64,000 nucleotides of DNA from the IMG/VR virus record IMGVR_UViG_3300032046_000001, positions 248,421 to 312,420 of that record, one strand, 5' to 3'. Of this stretch, positions 47,114-57,716 are shown piece after piece (within the stretch, counting starts at the first letter, position 1; each line of letters opens with the position of its first letter). The notes under the pieces were generated by a model, which was not told the origin of the DNA, made no database searches, and was given only the letters and a program-made list of their open reading frames with translations. The position numbers and the translations under genes were made by a program.

Positions 47114-48207
47114 TTACACTTTTTCACCTCATTCGGAGTCACTGCCTTGTGAAGCCAGTGATGGCGATTCTTTACATCTTCACTAAATCGTTGGGCTACA
47201 AATTTGGCAACTGAATTTTTAAATTCTCGATATGGAAAACTACTTGTAAGTCTAATGACATAACCTTCACAATCGTCATTTTCAAAATTAGAACGATATA
47301 AATTTTTAATCAAATCAGCATTAAATGGTCCGACATATACTATCGGGACAGTTTCCAGTCCGAGTAAGTAGCACCATTCAGTTGTTGTTTTCCAATCTAA
47401 ACATATGTTATTCTCATCCCAAATTGAATATACCATAAAATAATTTCTCAAATTATGATAATGAATCGTATGTTTGGCAAATAAATTTTCACCACATATT
47501 CTCCAACCATCTGGTATATCATAACAGATTTGAGAATGTAGATTCTTAATCCAAGTTCTTGATGGGTGATTACCACTATCGATAGAACGGGCATGATAAT
47601 AATCTTTATAAAGACTTGATTGTTCACCATCCATCTTCACCGTTAAAACAATCTGTTTTCCAATGAAATGATCAATTGATTGTAATCTCTTATCATCACT
47701 TGTTACCGTCTCTGACCAAGGTAAGTGATAGGTCCTTGGATATTTAATATATGGACAAAATAAATCAAGAACTGGTTCTATAATCTTCTGAACCGATTCA
47801 TCAAAGAATAATGGACCTCTTAATCGTCTTCCATTTTGAAGAATAATATTACCCCATTTATCATATCGTTCATCGGTATAAAAGTCTTCAGGTAAAACTA
47901 TTTCAGTAATACCTGAAGACTCTCTTATTTGGTCACAACTTATGATTGTTTGTTCAGCTTTTATATGACAATCTCCACATAATGATGCTCCATTATTTAA
48001 ATAATAACCGCCATCATTGAATAATCTTCTTTCGATTATATGATGAGCGTCTTGAGATGGAGATTTACAAATGACGCATTGATTATTATCTCTCTTGAAT
48101 ACTTCGGTTCTAAAAACATCCCTTGAAAGTAACATAGAAACCTCCTTTAATTTATGAAAACCATTCTTCTGCTGTTCCTTCATATTCACAAAATAAATAT
48201 GATTCAT
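47110..48207 (-). CDS. HNH domain - RNA ligase fusion
   Basis: VFKRD..QCVIC...DAHHI...NGASLC.DCH; then KYPRTYHLPWS, KMDGE (motif I), ICGEN, EGYVIR, KFV. Confidence 0.82.
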   Translation of the reverse strand: MNHIYFVNMKEQQKNGFHKLKEVSMLLSRDVFRTEVFKRDNNQCVICKSPSQDAHHIIERRLFNDGGYYLNNGASLCGDCHIKAEQTIISCDQIRESSGITEIVLPEDFYTDERYDKWGNIILQNGRRLRGPLFFDESVQKIIEPVLDLFCPYIKYPRTYHLPWSETVTSDDKRLQSIDHFIGKQIVLTVKMDGEQSSLYKDYYHARSIDSGNHPSRTWIKNLHSQICYDIPDGWRICGENLFAKHTIHYHNLRNYFMVYSIWDENNICLDWKTTTEWCYLLGLETVPIVYVGPFNADLIKNLYRSNFENDDCEGYVIRLTSSFPYREFKNSVAKFVAQRFSEDVKNRHHWLHKAVTPNEVKKCK

Positions 48208-48337
48208 CTTTTAGATAATTATTATTTTTATCAAATAATTCAACAGTTAATACTTTAGCAAAAGGACAATTTTCACAATTATTATATTTATCACAATAAT
48301 AATTTTTTTCTAATTTTTCAATCATTAAATCTCCCAA
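48152..48337 (-). CDS. Small Cys-rich protein
   Basis: ORF track. Confidence 0.45.
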   Translation of the reverse strand: MGDLMIEKLEKNYYCDKYNNCENCPFAKVLTVELFDKNNNYLKDESYLFCEYEGTAEEWFS

Positions 48338-48370
48338 AAAAATAAGGGAGATTTTATCTCCCTTATTTTT
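48338..48370 (-). terminator. Intrinsic terminator
   Basis: AAAAATAAGGGAGAT-TTT-ATCTCCCTTATTTTT. Confidence 0.75.
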
Positions 48371-49070
48371 AAGCGACTAATTCATAGTCACTGTGTGTTT
48401 TTCTTGCTGGAATAATATATCCAGGAAAATCTTCCATTGGATATGTTTTTTGCTCGAACGGATTGACTCTTACTCTCCAATAATTTGCCTTAATGACATT
48501 ATATATTGTTTGTGGAGTCACTCGACCAATATTTCCTATATGGCCAAATCTTTTTATAATTTCTCTGGCCGTTATATTGGGATTTTTATAAACTTCCTGC
48601 CTTATTAATAAAATATCGTCATTCTCCAATTTATGATTCCAATGACGAATTCCTCTTGGCCAGAAATTGATTCTCAAATTTTTATAATGGCAGTTCTTTT
48701 TATCACCATCCTCAAATTCGATAATCATTTTTGTCAATTCGGTTTGAATGATATTTTTGGTACCTTCTGCGATTCGTCGTTCTTCAACATAGCGTGGAAA
48801 ATCACAATTAAATGTGTCCCAAACCAATCGTTTTACTTCAATCGTATCAGCAACACCATCTTCTGATAATCTAACAATGTCTGCATTTCCCCACGTTAAT
48901 GGATATAATACTCTACCAACATATGTTGATTTTCCTGGTTTTATTCTAACGATTGTTCCATCTTCCACAACCGCATAATTTTTATAACCTTTAATACGAG
49001 ATATTTTCTTATTTGGAAATTGATTTACAACACATGATGGTATACCAGTATTATCGAATAATTCACCCAT
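48369..49070 (-). CDS. Degenerate NUMOD4-HNH-HTH protein lacking the catalytic His
   Basis: IKGYKNYAV..DG.I, EVKRLVWDTF, IEFEDGDKKNCHYKNL (vs VNHIDG.K.NN..NL), HKL...DILLIR, VTPQTIYNV. Confidence 0.6.
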   Translation of the reverse strand: MGELFDNTGIPSCVVNQFPNKKISRIKGYKNYAVVEDGTIVRIKPGKSTYVGRVLYPLTWGNADIVRLSEDGVADTIEVKRLVWDTFNCDFPRYVEERRIAEGTKNIIQTELTKMIIEFEDGDKKNCHYKNLRINFWPRGIRHWNHKLENDDILLIRQEVYKNPNITAREIIKRFGHIGNIGRVTPQTIYNVIKANYWRVRVNPFEQKTYPMEDFPGYIIPARKTHSDYELVA

Positions 49071-49208
49071 TTTTAATTCTCCCTATTATATTTGATAGTA
49101 TAGATTTTAGTATTTTTTTTAATTTATTTTGTAGATAAAATCATTGTTAAATTCAAATTCTATTTTTATTTTTAATTATTTTTGGAGAACAAAAACTAAT
49201 TATTTTAT

Positions 49209-49886
49209 TTATAATTTAATATGTGACCACGATCTTCCAGTTTTTATCGCTGAAATTGTTAATTGACTAACTCCAAACATATCAGCTATTTCTTGTTGAG
49301 TTAATATTCCCTCTTTTAATAATAATTTTATTTGAATCACTTGTTCTTCTGTTAGTTTGTGATTTGTAGAATTTTCTCCTCTTAAAATTTTTAATTCGCC
49401 ACTTTTAAATTTTTCTTTTCTACTTTCACTTATTTTCGTTATTGTTTCTTTAGAATGATGTTCTCCTTTCTTTTTTTCACTGATTTTCTTTTTTGTTTCT
49501 TTTGATATATTTTTCATATGTAGTTTTTGATGTTCAGATTTTGACATCATCATTAAATTATCTAAATTATTATTTTCTTTCGAAATTTCTGGAAGTATAT
49601 TTATAAAATCAATATGATGAACATCTTCATCTGATTTTAATTTATAATTATTATGAGTTTCAAAAACTAATCGATGAACTTGTTTAGGTTTACATTTTCC
49701 ATTTTTACAAAAATCAACTCTAAAATATTCTCCACCATGTTTTTGTTGTTTTAATATTCTCTCTTTTCCAAATTTTAATGATTTAACTCTACCTAAATTA
49801 CTCACATAATAATCTGAAAAATCTTCTATAACTTTCCATATTTCATTTTCTAAATCATTAATATCTAAATTTTCATATATTTTCAT
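49209..49886 (-). mobile_element. NUMOD4-HNH homing endonuclease with HTH tail
   Basis: EIWKVIEDFSDYYVSNLGRVKS, QVHRLVFETH, VHHID...NNNLDNL, KLTEEQVIQIK, IADMFGVS. Confidence 0.85.
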
Positions 49887-51304
49887 TTTTTATTACTTTC
49901 TATTTCTTTTAAGAAACTATAAATATCATCAATTTTTTCAATTTTATCTTCTATTTTGAAATAATTTATTTCCCACTCTTTACTTTTATAAAATTGAATT
50001 CTTTTATATACAGTTTTAAAAATATCTTTATAACCAATATCTACAAGATCAAAGATGACTGGTTTTTTCTTATTTAGTGATGTTCTTAAAATTCTACCAC
50101 AAATTTGTGTGATGTTTCCTATAGGAGATGTCATTATTAATGAATCCTTTTCTGGCGCATCAATTCCGTCACGAACTTTTCCTGGAGTTGCGAAAACGAC
50201 TCTTGATTTTAAATTATCGTTCTTATCAGTTTTAAAATAAGTCGCTTTATCATCACACTCAAATGATTTGAATAACTGTTCAACAAATTTGACTCTCTCA
50301 ATAATAATAAAAATATTTCTATCTCTTGATTTATATAATAATTCTAGACAAATTTTATTTAATTTATCTGATTTTTTTAATAAATTTAAATACCTGGAAC
50401 GCTCGAATTTACCTCCCCAATAAACGTATTTAAAACTCTTTGTCAAACCAAAATTAAAAAATATGATATTAACCTTGGCTTTCATTATACCACTTTCGCC
50501 ATCGGGTTTATATATTTTTCCGAGATGATATATCAAAATATCAGATGTACCATCATATCGTTTAGGAGTTGCTGATAATCCAAATCTACGTTTTACAGGA
50601 ATATATAATGAACATTCAGAAAATTTTTTAGCTCCACTGGTTACATGTAATTCATCAGAAAAAAGTAAACCAAAGTTAGCTTTTTCTAATTCTAATATGA
50701 ATTCATCTTTTCTATTTTTTAATGCCATCATAAAACTTTGAACCGTTGCGATTACTATAGATTTCGAAAAAGATTCTTTTATTTTTGAATTTTCTAATAT
50801 AGAAATATTATCTCCAATATCAGTAAATTCTCTAAACCTTTCAATCCATTGATGTGCCAGATTGGTTCTATGAAGAAGAATTAGTGTCTTTTTTTTAATT
50901 TTTGATATAGCCATGATCGCAATGATAGTTTTTCCACTGCCAGTGTCTAATTGAATTATTCCTTCATTATTATTTAATAAATAGTCTAAGGTTTCTTCTT
51001 GTAATTTATTTCTTGGAATGGCATTACATTGAATTTCTATATCACAACCATCGATTCTTTCATCAATAATATCACAATCAATCAAATCTTCAATTGGATA
51101 AAGAACTGGAACATACAGATTGGTTTCATCTTCATTAAAAAATTGATTGATTTCACCTTTATTATTATGATAATTATTAAATCTTCTGGTTAGATTTTTT
51201 TTAATTATATTACACAATTCAGAGTGATGTTTTGATATAATCAATGAATCTCTTCTAATAATTTTTATTTTATGCGACTCAGTATCTAAATTTTCATAAA
51301 TCAT
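49883..51304 (-). CDS. Superfamily 2 helicase (UvsW/XPB-like)
   Basis: LDTGSGKT, SDELH, GLSATPKRYDG, GIDAPE, QICGRILR. Confidence 0.9.
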   Translation of the reverse strand: MIYENLDTESHKIKIIRRDSLIISKHHSELCNIIKKNLTRRFNNYHNNKGEINQFFNEDETNLYVPVLYPIEDLIDCDIIDERIDGCDIEIQCNAIPRNKLQEETLDYLLNNNEGIIQLDTGSGKTIIAIMAISKIKKKTLILLHRTNLAHQWIERFREFTDIGDNISILENSKIKESFSKSIVIATVQSFMMALKNRKDEFILELEKANFGLLFSDELHVTSGAKKFSECSLYIPVKRRFGLSATPKRYDGTSDILIYHLGKIYKPDGESGIMKAKVNIIFFNFGLTKSFKYVYWGGKFERSRYLNLLKKSDKLNKICLELLYKSRDRNIFIIIERVKFVEQLFKSFECDDKATYFKTDKNDNLKSRVVFATPGKVRDGIDAPEKDSLIMTSPIGNITQICGRILRTSLNKKKPVIFDLVDIGYKDIFKTVYKRIQFYKSKEWEINYFKIEDKIEKIDDIYSFLKEIESNKK

Positions 51305-51318
51305 TATTACCTCAAAAG

Positions 51319-51765
51319 TTAGTTTATACCGTTAATTTTTCTTATAAATTCATCTATAATATTTATTGGTGTTGATGGATTAAAACTATGAAATTTAACA
51401 TCAAAATCATAAAATCTATTTTGATATCGAGATGATAAACCATCAAAATTAATATTATTTAAATTTTGATTTATTGATAACCCTGATAAAACAAATTCAT
51501 TTTTTCGAAATTGATCCAATGTTATTATACGTTGAGTACCATCTATTACCAATTCATTACCATCACGTTGTTCATGAAAATATAATGGCTGAATTGGGAT
51601 TCTCATTAAACAACTTTCAATAAATTCACTTTGTTTTATTCTATCCCAAGTCAAATCATTATGATCAGTAATACAAATACGTCCTTTTTCCAAACATTGT
51701 AATATATCATAGATAATTTTATGATTACTTCGAATATCAACATAAATAACATCATCAATTTTCAT
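51319..51765 (-). CDS. Stand-alone DUF262 (GmrS/ParB-like) domain protein
   Basis: W...KQSEFIES.L.RIPI.P.YF, LVIDGTQRI (DGQQR-like). Confidence 0.78.
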   Translation of the reverse strand: MKIDDVIYVDIRSNHKIIYDILQCLEKGRICITDHNDLTWDRIKQSEFIESCLMRIPIQPLYFHEQRDGNELVIDGTQRIITLDQFRKNEFVLSGLSINQNLNNINFDGLSSRYQNRFYDFDVKFHSFNPSTPINIIDEFIRKINGIN

Positions 51766-52749
51766 TTATTTCTCCATATTTTTATAATATTCTATAGTCT
51801 GATATAATCCTTCATTCAAATCAATATATGATGAAAAATTTAAATCTCGTATTGCAGGTAAAGTATCGGCACGACTATAACTAACATCACCTTTTCGAGT
51901 TTCTTGATATATCGGTCTAATGTCTTTTTCAAGAATTTTATTTATGGTTTCTAAAAGTTCATTCAAAGTTACACCATCACCACAACCAATATCTAAAATA
52001 TTTCCACTAATTGGTGATTGTGTTGCAAGATAATTAGCATGTATAATATTATCAACATAAGTGAAATCTCTTACCTGATTCCCATCACCATAAATTATTG
52101 GTTGTTCATCATTTAAGATTTTATTTATAAATATTGGAATAACCGCTGAATATTGAGAATTTGGATTTTGATATTTACCAAAGACATTAAAATATCTCAG
52201 TACTGTTACTGGTATATTAAATGAGTGATGATATGAATTAACTAATAATTCACCAATACCTTTTGTAGCTGCATATGGTGACTTACATAGTGGTGGTCTT
52301 AATGATGGTTCATCTTTAAAATTATATACTCCACCATAATAACTACTTGAACTTGCATACACAAGTTTCTTAACACTATGATTTTCTCTTATCACCTCCA
52401 ACAAATTTAAAGTTGATTTCACATTATTTTTAATCACCCATTCTGGATCATCAATGGATCGTTGAATAGACGGTATAGCGGCAAGATGAATCACATAATC
52501 TATTTTATAATGTCTAAGTAAATATCTTAAATCGGCATAATTTTCTGTCAATCTATCATGTGTTAGATTGATATTATAAAATAAAAAATTATCATTTTCT
52601 TCTAATTTTTTTATAACTGGATGACAAATTGGAATATATGATGTCACATAATTATCAATTCCTATGACTCTATGACCTATTCGTACTAAATCTTCACATT
52701 GATTCATTCCAATGAATCCAGCCGCGCCAGTAACTAAAAAAGTTTTCAT
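51766..52749 (-). CDS. NAD-dependent nucleotide-sugar epimerase/dehydratase
   Basis: TGAAGFIG, HLAA, YASSSS, SPYAATK, LRYFNVFG, GDG.QVRDFTYV. Confidence 0.93.
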   Translation of the reverse strand: MKTFLVTGAAGFIGMNQCEDLVRIGHRVIGIDNYVTSYIPICHPVIKKLEENDNFLFYNINLTHDRLTENYADLRYLLRHYKIDYVIHLAAIPSIQRSIDDPEWVIKNNVKSTLNLLEVIRENHSVKKLVYASSSSYYGGVYNFKDEPSLRPPLCKSPYAATKGIGELLVNSYHHSFNIPVTVLRYFNVFGKYQNPNSQYSAVIPIFINKILNDEQPIIYGDGNQVRDFTYVDNIIHANYLATQSPISGNILDIGCGDGVTLNELLETINKILEKDIRPIYQETRKGDVSYSRADTLPAIRDLNFSSYIDLNEGLYQTIEYYKNMEK

Positions 52750-54059
52750 TTCACAACCTCGGCATACTTATTTAATATATATTGATTAATATTATTCAAA
52801 TTATTTTCATATTCTTTTATTTTATTTTCGATTTCTTCAATATCAACATTCAAAGTCAATAATTTATTTATTCGATATTTTGAAAATAAAAATTTAATCA
52901 TTTCTTCAGATACTGAAGTCTTTTCATGAATCTCTTTTATTATTTCGTCAACAATAATTTGATTCTTACCCTTAATACACTTTGAGAGAACTGGTCTTAT
53001 TTTTAATAATGCCAGATATTCTTCTTTTAAATCATTACAATCTTTTATCTTTGAATTCAACATAACCTTCGTTATTTCAAAATAATTATTATATGATTTT
53101 AATAATAATTCATCAACAGATGTTCGTCTGACATTCCAATTTGAATCGGTCACAATTATATCAAAAGGTATAGTTCCATTGAGAAACTTATCTAACTTTT
53201 CTACAAATCGGTTAAATAATAATTCTCTATTTCTTTGTTTATTTAATTCAAATACTACTTCTGTTCCAACTTTAGCACTGGATAAATCAGAGATATCAAA
53301 ATTTTCAATATCATTTTGTAATTGTTTTTTATTTTTTAATTTTTCAAATGATCCAGGCCACGATTTTAATTTAATTGTGAAATTTTGATTGTTATGAATG
53401 TAAATACCTTTAACTCTTATTTTTGATCGACCAACTGTTAATAATTTTTCTAATTCTTCATCAGATGATAATATTTCACAATTGCTGATTGGTTTGATTA
53501 TTGGTTTCTTTTTAGTCACACCCAATAAATATAATAATCTTTTATAAAGATCTTTTATCTTATAACAAGGTATAATAGTTCTATATCCGAATCCAATCCC
53601 TGATGTATATTCATTTCCCAATAAACAAAGAGGGAACATTGATGGAAAATATAAGGGTTCCTTATCTAAATCAAGAGCTTCCCACGGAACATAATTAATC
53701 AAACTGAATGTCAAATCAATCATGTGATTTGATAAACAACATTCAGTATATCTCATTGCTGCACATTTAGCTTCGGATTCATCAGTCCCAAGTTTTGATC
53801 CCCAGTTTCCTTGACCAATTACAAATCCTTGATGTACAAGTTGTTCTAATGTTCCGTAGACACTTCCATGTGGATGATAATGAAAAATCGTATGACCATC
53901 TATTCTTGCTGATTTTACAAATTGTTCTCTGGCAACTTGATATACCGATAGAAGTGTTCGTCTTTCGACTGGTTTTAAACCATCTACATCTAATGGAAAA
54001 CATCTATAATTACAATAGTCTCCATAATTTTTATATAATTTTAAAATAATATCATTCAA
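52746..54059 (-). CDS. Type IIA topoisomerase, GyrA/ParC-like subunit lacking CTD
   Basis: DGLKPVERR, YHPHG, GQGNWG, AAMRYTE (catalytic Tyr), GIGFG. Confidence 0.92.
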   Translation of the reverse strand: MNDIILKLYKNYGDYCNYRCFPLDVDGLKPVERRTLLSVYQVAREQFVKSARIDGHTIFHYHPHGSVYGTLEQLVHQGFVIGQGNWGSKLGTDESEAKCAAMRYTECCLSNHMIDLTFSLINYVPWEALDLDKEPLYFPSMFPLCLLGNEYTSGIGFGYRTIIPCYKIKDLYKRLLYLLGVTKKKPIIKPISNCEILSSDEELEKLLTVGRSKIRVKGIYIHNNQNFTIKLKSWPGSFEKLKNKKQLQNDIENFDISDLSSAKVGTEVVFELNKQRNRELLFNRFVEKLDKFLNGTIPFDIIVTDSNWNVRRTSVDELLLKSYNNYFEITKVMLNSKIKDCNDLKEEYLALLKIRPVLSKCIKGKNQIIVDEIIKEIHEKTSVSEEMIKFLFSKYRINKLLTLNVDIEEIENKIKEYENNLNNINQYILNKYAEVVK

Positions 54060-55857
54060 GTGAAAAATTTCCTTCTAATAAAAGTCTCTTTGTTTCAGAG
54101 TCTAAAAGTAGTTGTATGATCTTATCAAAATTTTCATCATATGTTATTTGTACTAATTTTCTTTTTTCAGACAACGCACAAATTTCAAGTTGCCAAGGGT
54201 TAAACTCACCAATCCCTTTATATCTTGTAATTGGTAGGTTTTTCTCTCTTGCATTGTCTAATTCTTCCTTAGTCCAAAGAGGAATAAAAGTTTTACCTTT
54301 ATTAATCGCAAATAATGGAGTTTGACAAATATATAAATAACCTTGTTTTACTAACTCAGGAAGAAGATATCGAATATCTGACATCAACAAACAATTGATA
54401 TGATTACCATCAGGATCTGAATCAGAACATAGTATTATCTTTGAATATCTCAATTTCGAAATATCAAAATTAGATCCAATACCAGTTCCCAAAGCTGATA
54501 TGATTTCTTTAATTTCTTCATTTTCAAGTAACGACTTCTTCTTCTTTTTTAGATCAATAGTTGGAGGTTTGCCTTTCAAGGGCATGATCGCATGAATCTC
54601 AGAATTACGACATTGAATTAGAGAACCAGCCGCCGAATCACCCTCAACTATAAATAACTCTCCATCTCGTCTTTTACAATCTTTTAATTTTGTGTTCTTT
54701 AATTTTTTAGGAGAATTTGATTGAACTTTCTTTGTATTAAAATTTGCTCTATATTCTTCAAATTTATTTAAAATTAATAATAAATCATCTTGATTTTTAT
54801 TAAAATAACCTTTCAATATTAATTGAAGTTTATTAAATAAGTTTTCTAAATATGATTTTCTATTAATTAATTGTCCCTTTATTTGACCACCAAATTCTGG
54901 TTCAACTAAATATAAATCAAGATATGCTCTCAAGCCACAAAAAATATCCTGACTATCAAAATTTTTATTTAGTTTCTTTCCATAATACATAAAAATATCT
55001 TTTAATATATTTTTCAATAATTTAACATGTGTACCACCTTCTTCAACTGGAAGAAGATTGACAGATGAAATAATTTTAGGTGTTATCGCTCCATTTAGTG
55101 AATAACAAAGTTTAATACTCAATTTCTCAGTTACAGGAATATCGTTAATTATTTTTTTGTCTTTAACTTCAAAATTAATTATATTTGTTGTTTCTTCATC
55201 TTGAAAATAACTTTTAAAATATTCATCACCAGTTATCTTGATAACTTCTTTATTATCATCAACCACCAAAGCAAAAGTTGATTCTGGCATATGTGCGGAA
55301 GCTACTAATAATCTCTCCCTTATTCTCTCTATATTTGGTAATAAATTCTCAAATATATTTTTATCTGGTTTAAAAGTTATTCTCGTTGAGAATGGTTGAA
55401 GATTGAAGTTAACAGAATATTTTTTAATTAAATTGAAATTATCAAATTCAAATATTGAATAAACTGAGTTTCTAATAACTTCTACTTTATAAAACTCACT
55501 TAAAGCATTAACCGCTGCTAATCCAACTCCATGTAGTCCAGAACATACTTCATATGATTTTTTAAATCCCTTAAATTTCGAACCACTATGTAACTTAGTT
55601 GAAATTGTGATAGGAATATCATCTTCAACTGGAATACCTCGGCCATTATCGACAACTGAATATAAATTATTTTTGGCATCGATTGTAACTATTATGATAT
55701 TCGCATAACCAGCTAATGCCTCATCTAAGGCGTTGTCAAGAAGTTCTCCGATTAAATGTGTAGGATCTAAAGTTGAACCTATATACATACCTGGGTTAGT
55801 ACGTATCGATTCATAGTCTGTTAATGTCTTAAATGAATTTGATGAATATTCTTCCAA
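54052..55857 (-). CDS. Type IIA topoisomerase, GyrB/ParE-like subunit
   Basis: PGMYIGS, ELLDNALDE, DNGRGIP, GLHGVG, EGGTH, IVEGDSAAG, PLKGK, DSDPDGNHI, RYKGIGE. Confidence 0.94.
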   Translation of the reverse strand: MEEYSSNSFKTLTDYESIRTNPGMYIGSTLDPTHLIGELLDNALDEALAGYANIIIVTIDAKNNLYSVVDNGRGIPVEDDIPITISTKLHSGSKFKGFKKSYEVCSGLHGVGLAAVNALSEFYKVEVIRNSVYSIFEFDNFNLIKKYSVNFNLQPFSTRITFKPDKNIFENLLPNIERIRERLLVASAHMPESTFALVVDDNKEVIKITGDEYFKSYFQDEETTNIINFEVKDKKIINDIPVTEKLSIKLCYSLNGAITPKIISSVNLLPVEEGGTHVKLLKNILKDIFMYYGKKLNKNFDSQDIFCGLRAYLDLYLVEPEFGGQIKGQLINRKSYLENLFNKLQLILKGYFNKNQDDLLLILNKFEEYRANFNTKKVQSNSPKKLKNTKLKDCKRRDGELFIVEGDSAAGSLIQCRNSEIHAIMPLKGKPPTIDLKKKKKSLLENEEIKEIISALGTGIGSNFDISKLRYSKIILCSDSDPDGNHINCLLMSDIRYLLPELVKQGYLYICQTPLFAINKGKTFIPLWTKEELDNAREKNLPITRYKGIGEFNPWQLEICALSEKRKLVQITYDENFDKIIQLLLDSETKRLLLEGNFSLE

Positions 55858-55866
55858 AATTACTCC

Positions 55867-56148
55867 TTAGTTAAAAGTTAAAATATAATAATCACGTTCT
55901 TTATATTCTAATGACCCAGGACGGAATGTGTAACTTACATTCCAACCAGTATTTTTATATAATTCACACAGTGTTGATACGATATTATAATCAGCATCTT
56001 CTATTTTTATATTGATTCTATCATAATCTTTAATACTTTCTAAAATTTTATCAATTTTCTCTTCAAAAAAAGACACAATTTCAGATAATCGAAAACAGTA
56101 TGTATATATATTTGGTTTTGATATTATTTTATCTCTTTCAAGTGCCAT
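55867..56148 (-). CDS. Hypothetical protein
   Basis: ORF track. Confidence 0.55.
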   Translation of the reverse strand: MALERDKIISKPNIYTYCFRLSEIVSFFEEKIDKILESIKDYDRINIKIEDADYNIVSTLCELYKNTGWNVSYTFRPGSLEYKERDYYILTFN

Positions 56149-56408
56149 TATTTAAATAACCTCATATCATTATTACTTTCATTATATAACCTAATTAATC
56201 TCAAAAATTCCCATTGATTTAATTCAATTTCATAACAATCGTATATTTTAGGATCTTCTAAAAATTCTTGAGTAAATGAACAAGGATGTCCGTTTAATCT
56301 ATTCAATGTTGCTATAATAGTCGCCCTATCAGTTTCATCTATTTCTTTAACTTCCTTAATCATTCCCCACAAATTTAAAGCAATCGCTTCACCTTTTGTA
56401 ATTTTCAT
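56148..56408 (-). CDS. Hypothetical protein
   Basis: ORF track with GAGGAG SD. Confidence 0.6.
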   Translation of the reverse strand: MKITKGEAIALNLWGMIKEVKEIDETDRATIIATLNRLNGHPCSFTQEFLEDPKIYDCYEIELNQWEFLRLIRLYNESNNDMRLFK

Positions 56409-56429
56409 TTTTCTCCTCTAAAACGAGAT

Positions 56430-56461
56430 GACAGAGGAGGAAAATTAATCCCTCCTCTGTC
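56430..56461 (-). terminator. Hairpin, probable terminator
   Basis: GACAGAGGAGG-N10-CCTCCTCTGTC. Confidence 0.6.
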
Positions 56462-56484
56462 TTTTTCAGCGTATTATTGTTTTT

Positions 56485-56667
56485 CTAATTGACATATGAT
56501 TTATAATATACTGTGATTTCATTAAGATTCTCAGTTATTGAAATTACATCATTTATATTTATTTCTTCTTCTTTAAGACAATTATTAATTTGTTCAATAA
56601 TATGATTTCTGGTAAAATGTTCATTTCTTTCAAAATGAATATAGTCAATTTTCATTTCAAAAATCAA
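56485..56667 (-). CDS. Small hypothetical protein
   Basis: ORF track. Confidence 0.45.
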   Translation of the reverse strand: MIFEMKIDYIHFERNEHFTRNHIIEQINNCLKEEEININDVISITENLNEITVYYKSYVN

Positions 56668-57541
56668 AATTCTTCAAGAATTCCTGTGTTTCAGCAGTAG
56701 ACGCCTCACTGGTTTGTGTCTGTGTTTGTTGAGTTGATTCAGAATCGTCTTCTGAATCACCATATGACATTTGATTTGATTTTAATGACCAATCAAATTT
56801 TTCACAAAACTGTGGAAGAGTCTTTTTCTGAATATCGATAACTTTCTTTACCATCGCTTCAGCTATTTTAGTCCCAGGAGTTAATACAAATACTTTCTTC
56901 ATTCCAAACTTTGTTTTCTCTTCTCCAGTTGTTATGACCGTGACATAACGTTTGTTCTGTGCGATCATTTTTTCCAAAACTGGATTATCAGGAAATATAG
57001 CTGGTTGTATATCTTCCTTAGAAAGATCATCTAAATATTTTGATATATTACCGTATTTAAGACCTTGCCCTCGAAGAAAAATAAAAACTGACTTTTTGGT
57101 TCCAGTATCTTCATCTTCAATCATTACTGGAATACCCTGTTCATTTGTTAATATAAAACTAACAAGGAGTTCGCCTCTACAACCAGAACATGAAGGAGTG
57201 GCTTCCCTATCTTTTCTATTTGATGGACAAATATTTCCTGATGTTCCTTTGAAAACTTTCTGTCCTTTCATAAATGAAAAACATGCCGTTTTTTCTTTAC
57301 CATTACTATCTTTTTCTTTTTTCACTAATATTCTTTTCACATGAGTAATTATACCATAAATCTTATTTAAATTATACTGAAAACCCCTGATTTGAAGTTT
57401 TCCAGGTATCTCTTCTTCACCAGTTTGATTTGTCCGCAATATACCACAAATATATATACTCTTAAAAAATTCTTTTTCGGGTGGAACAACCGTTGGCGGC
57501 ATATACCCAGTTCCTAAAAGATCATCATAATTATCAGACAT
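56657..57541 (-). CDS. Putative single-stranded DNA-binding protein
   Basis: Replication-gene context, beta-rich core, acidic disordered tail ending FDF; no family motif recognised. Confidence 0.45.
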   Translation of the reverse strand: MSDNYDDLLGTGYMPPTVVPPEKEFFKSIYICGILRTNQTGEEEIPGKLQIRGFQYNLNKIYGIITHVKRILVKKEKDSNGKEKTACFSFMKGQKVFKGTSGNICPSNRKDREATPSCSGCRGELLVSFILTNEQGIPVMIEDEDTGTKKSVFIFLRGQGLKYGNISKYLDDLSKEDIQPAIFPDNPVLEKMIAQNKRYVTVITTGEEKTKFGMKKVFVLTPGTKIAEAMVKKVIDIQKKTLPQFCEKFDWSLKSNQMSYGDSEDDSESTQQTQTQTSEASTAETQEFLKNFDF

Positions 57542-57716
57542 TTATTTATTCTCCTTTAAATATTTAATACTTTTTTTACTTCTGGATCATTAAAAAAATT
57601 TAGAAATTCTACTTTGTTTTCACATTCAATTTCTAAATCCAAATCTATTTCTTGATCATATTCTTCAGAATAATTAATTTTATGTGTTTTTATTTTTATA
57701 TTAGATAATTTTATTT

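Noticed and set aside
52746-55857. Assigning gyrA/gyrB symbols
   Set aside because: The A subunit lacks the C-terminal pinwheel/GyrA box, so gyrase vs topo IV-like cannot be decided
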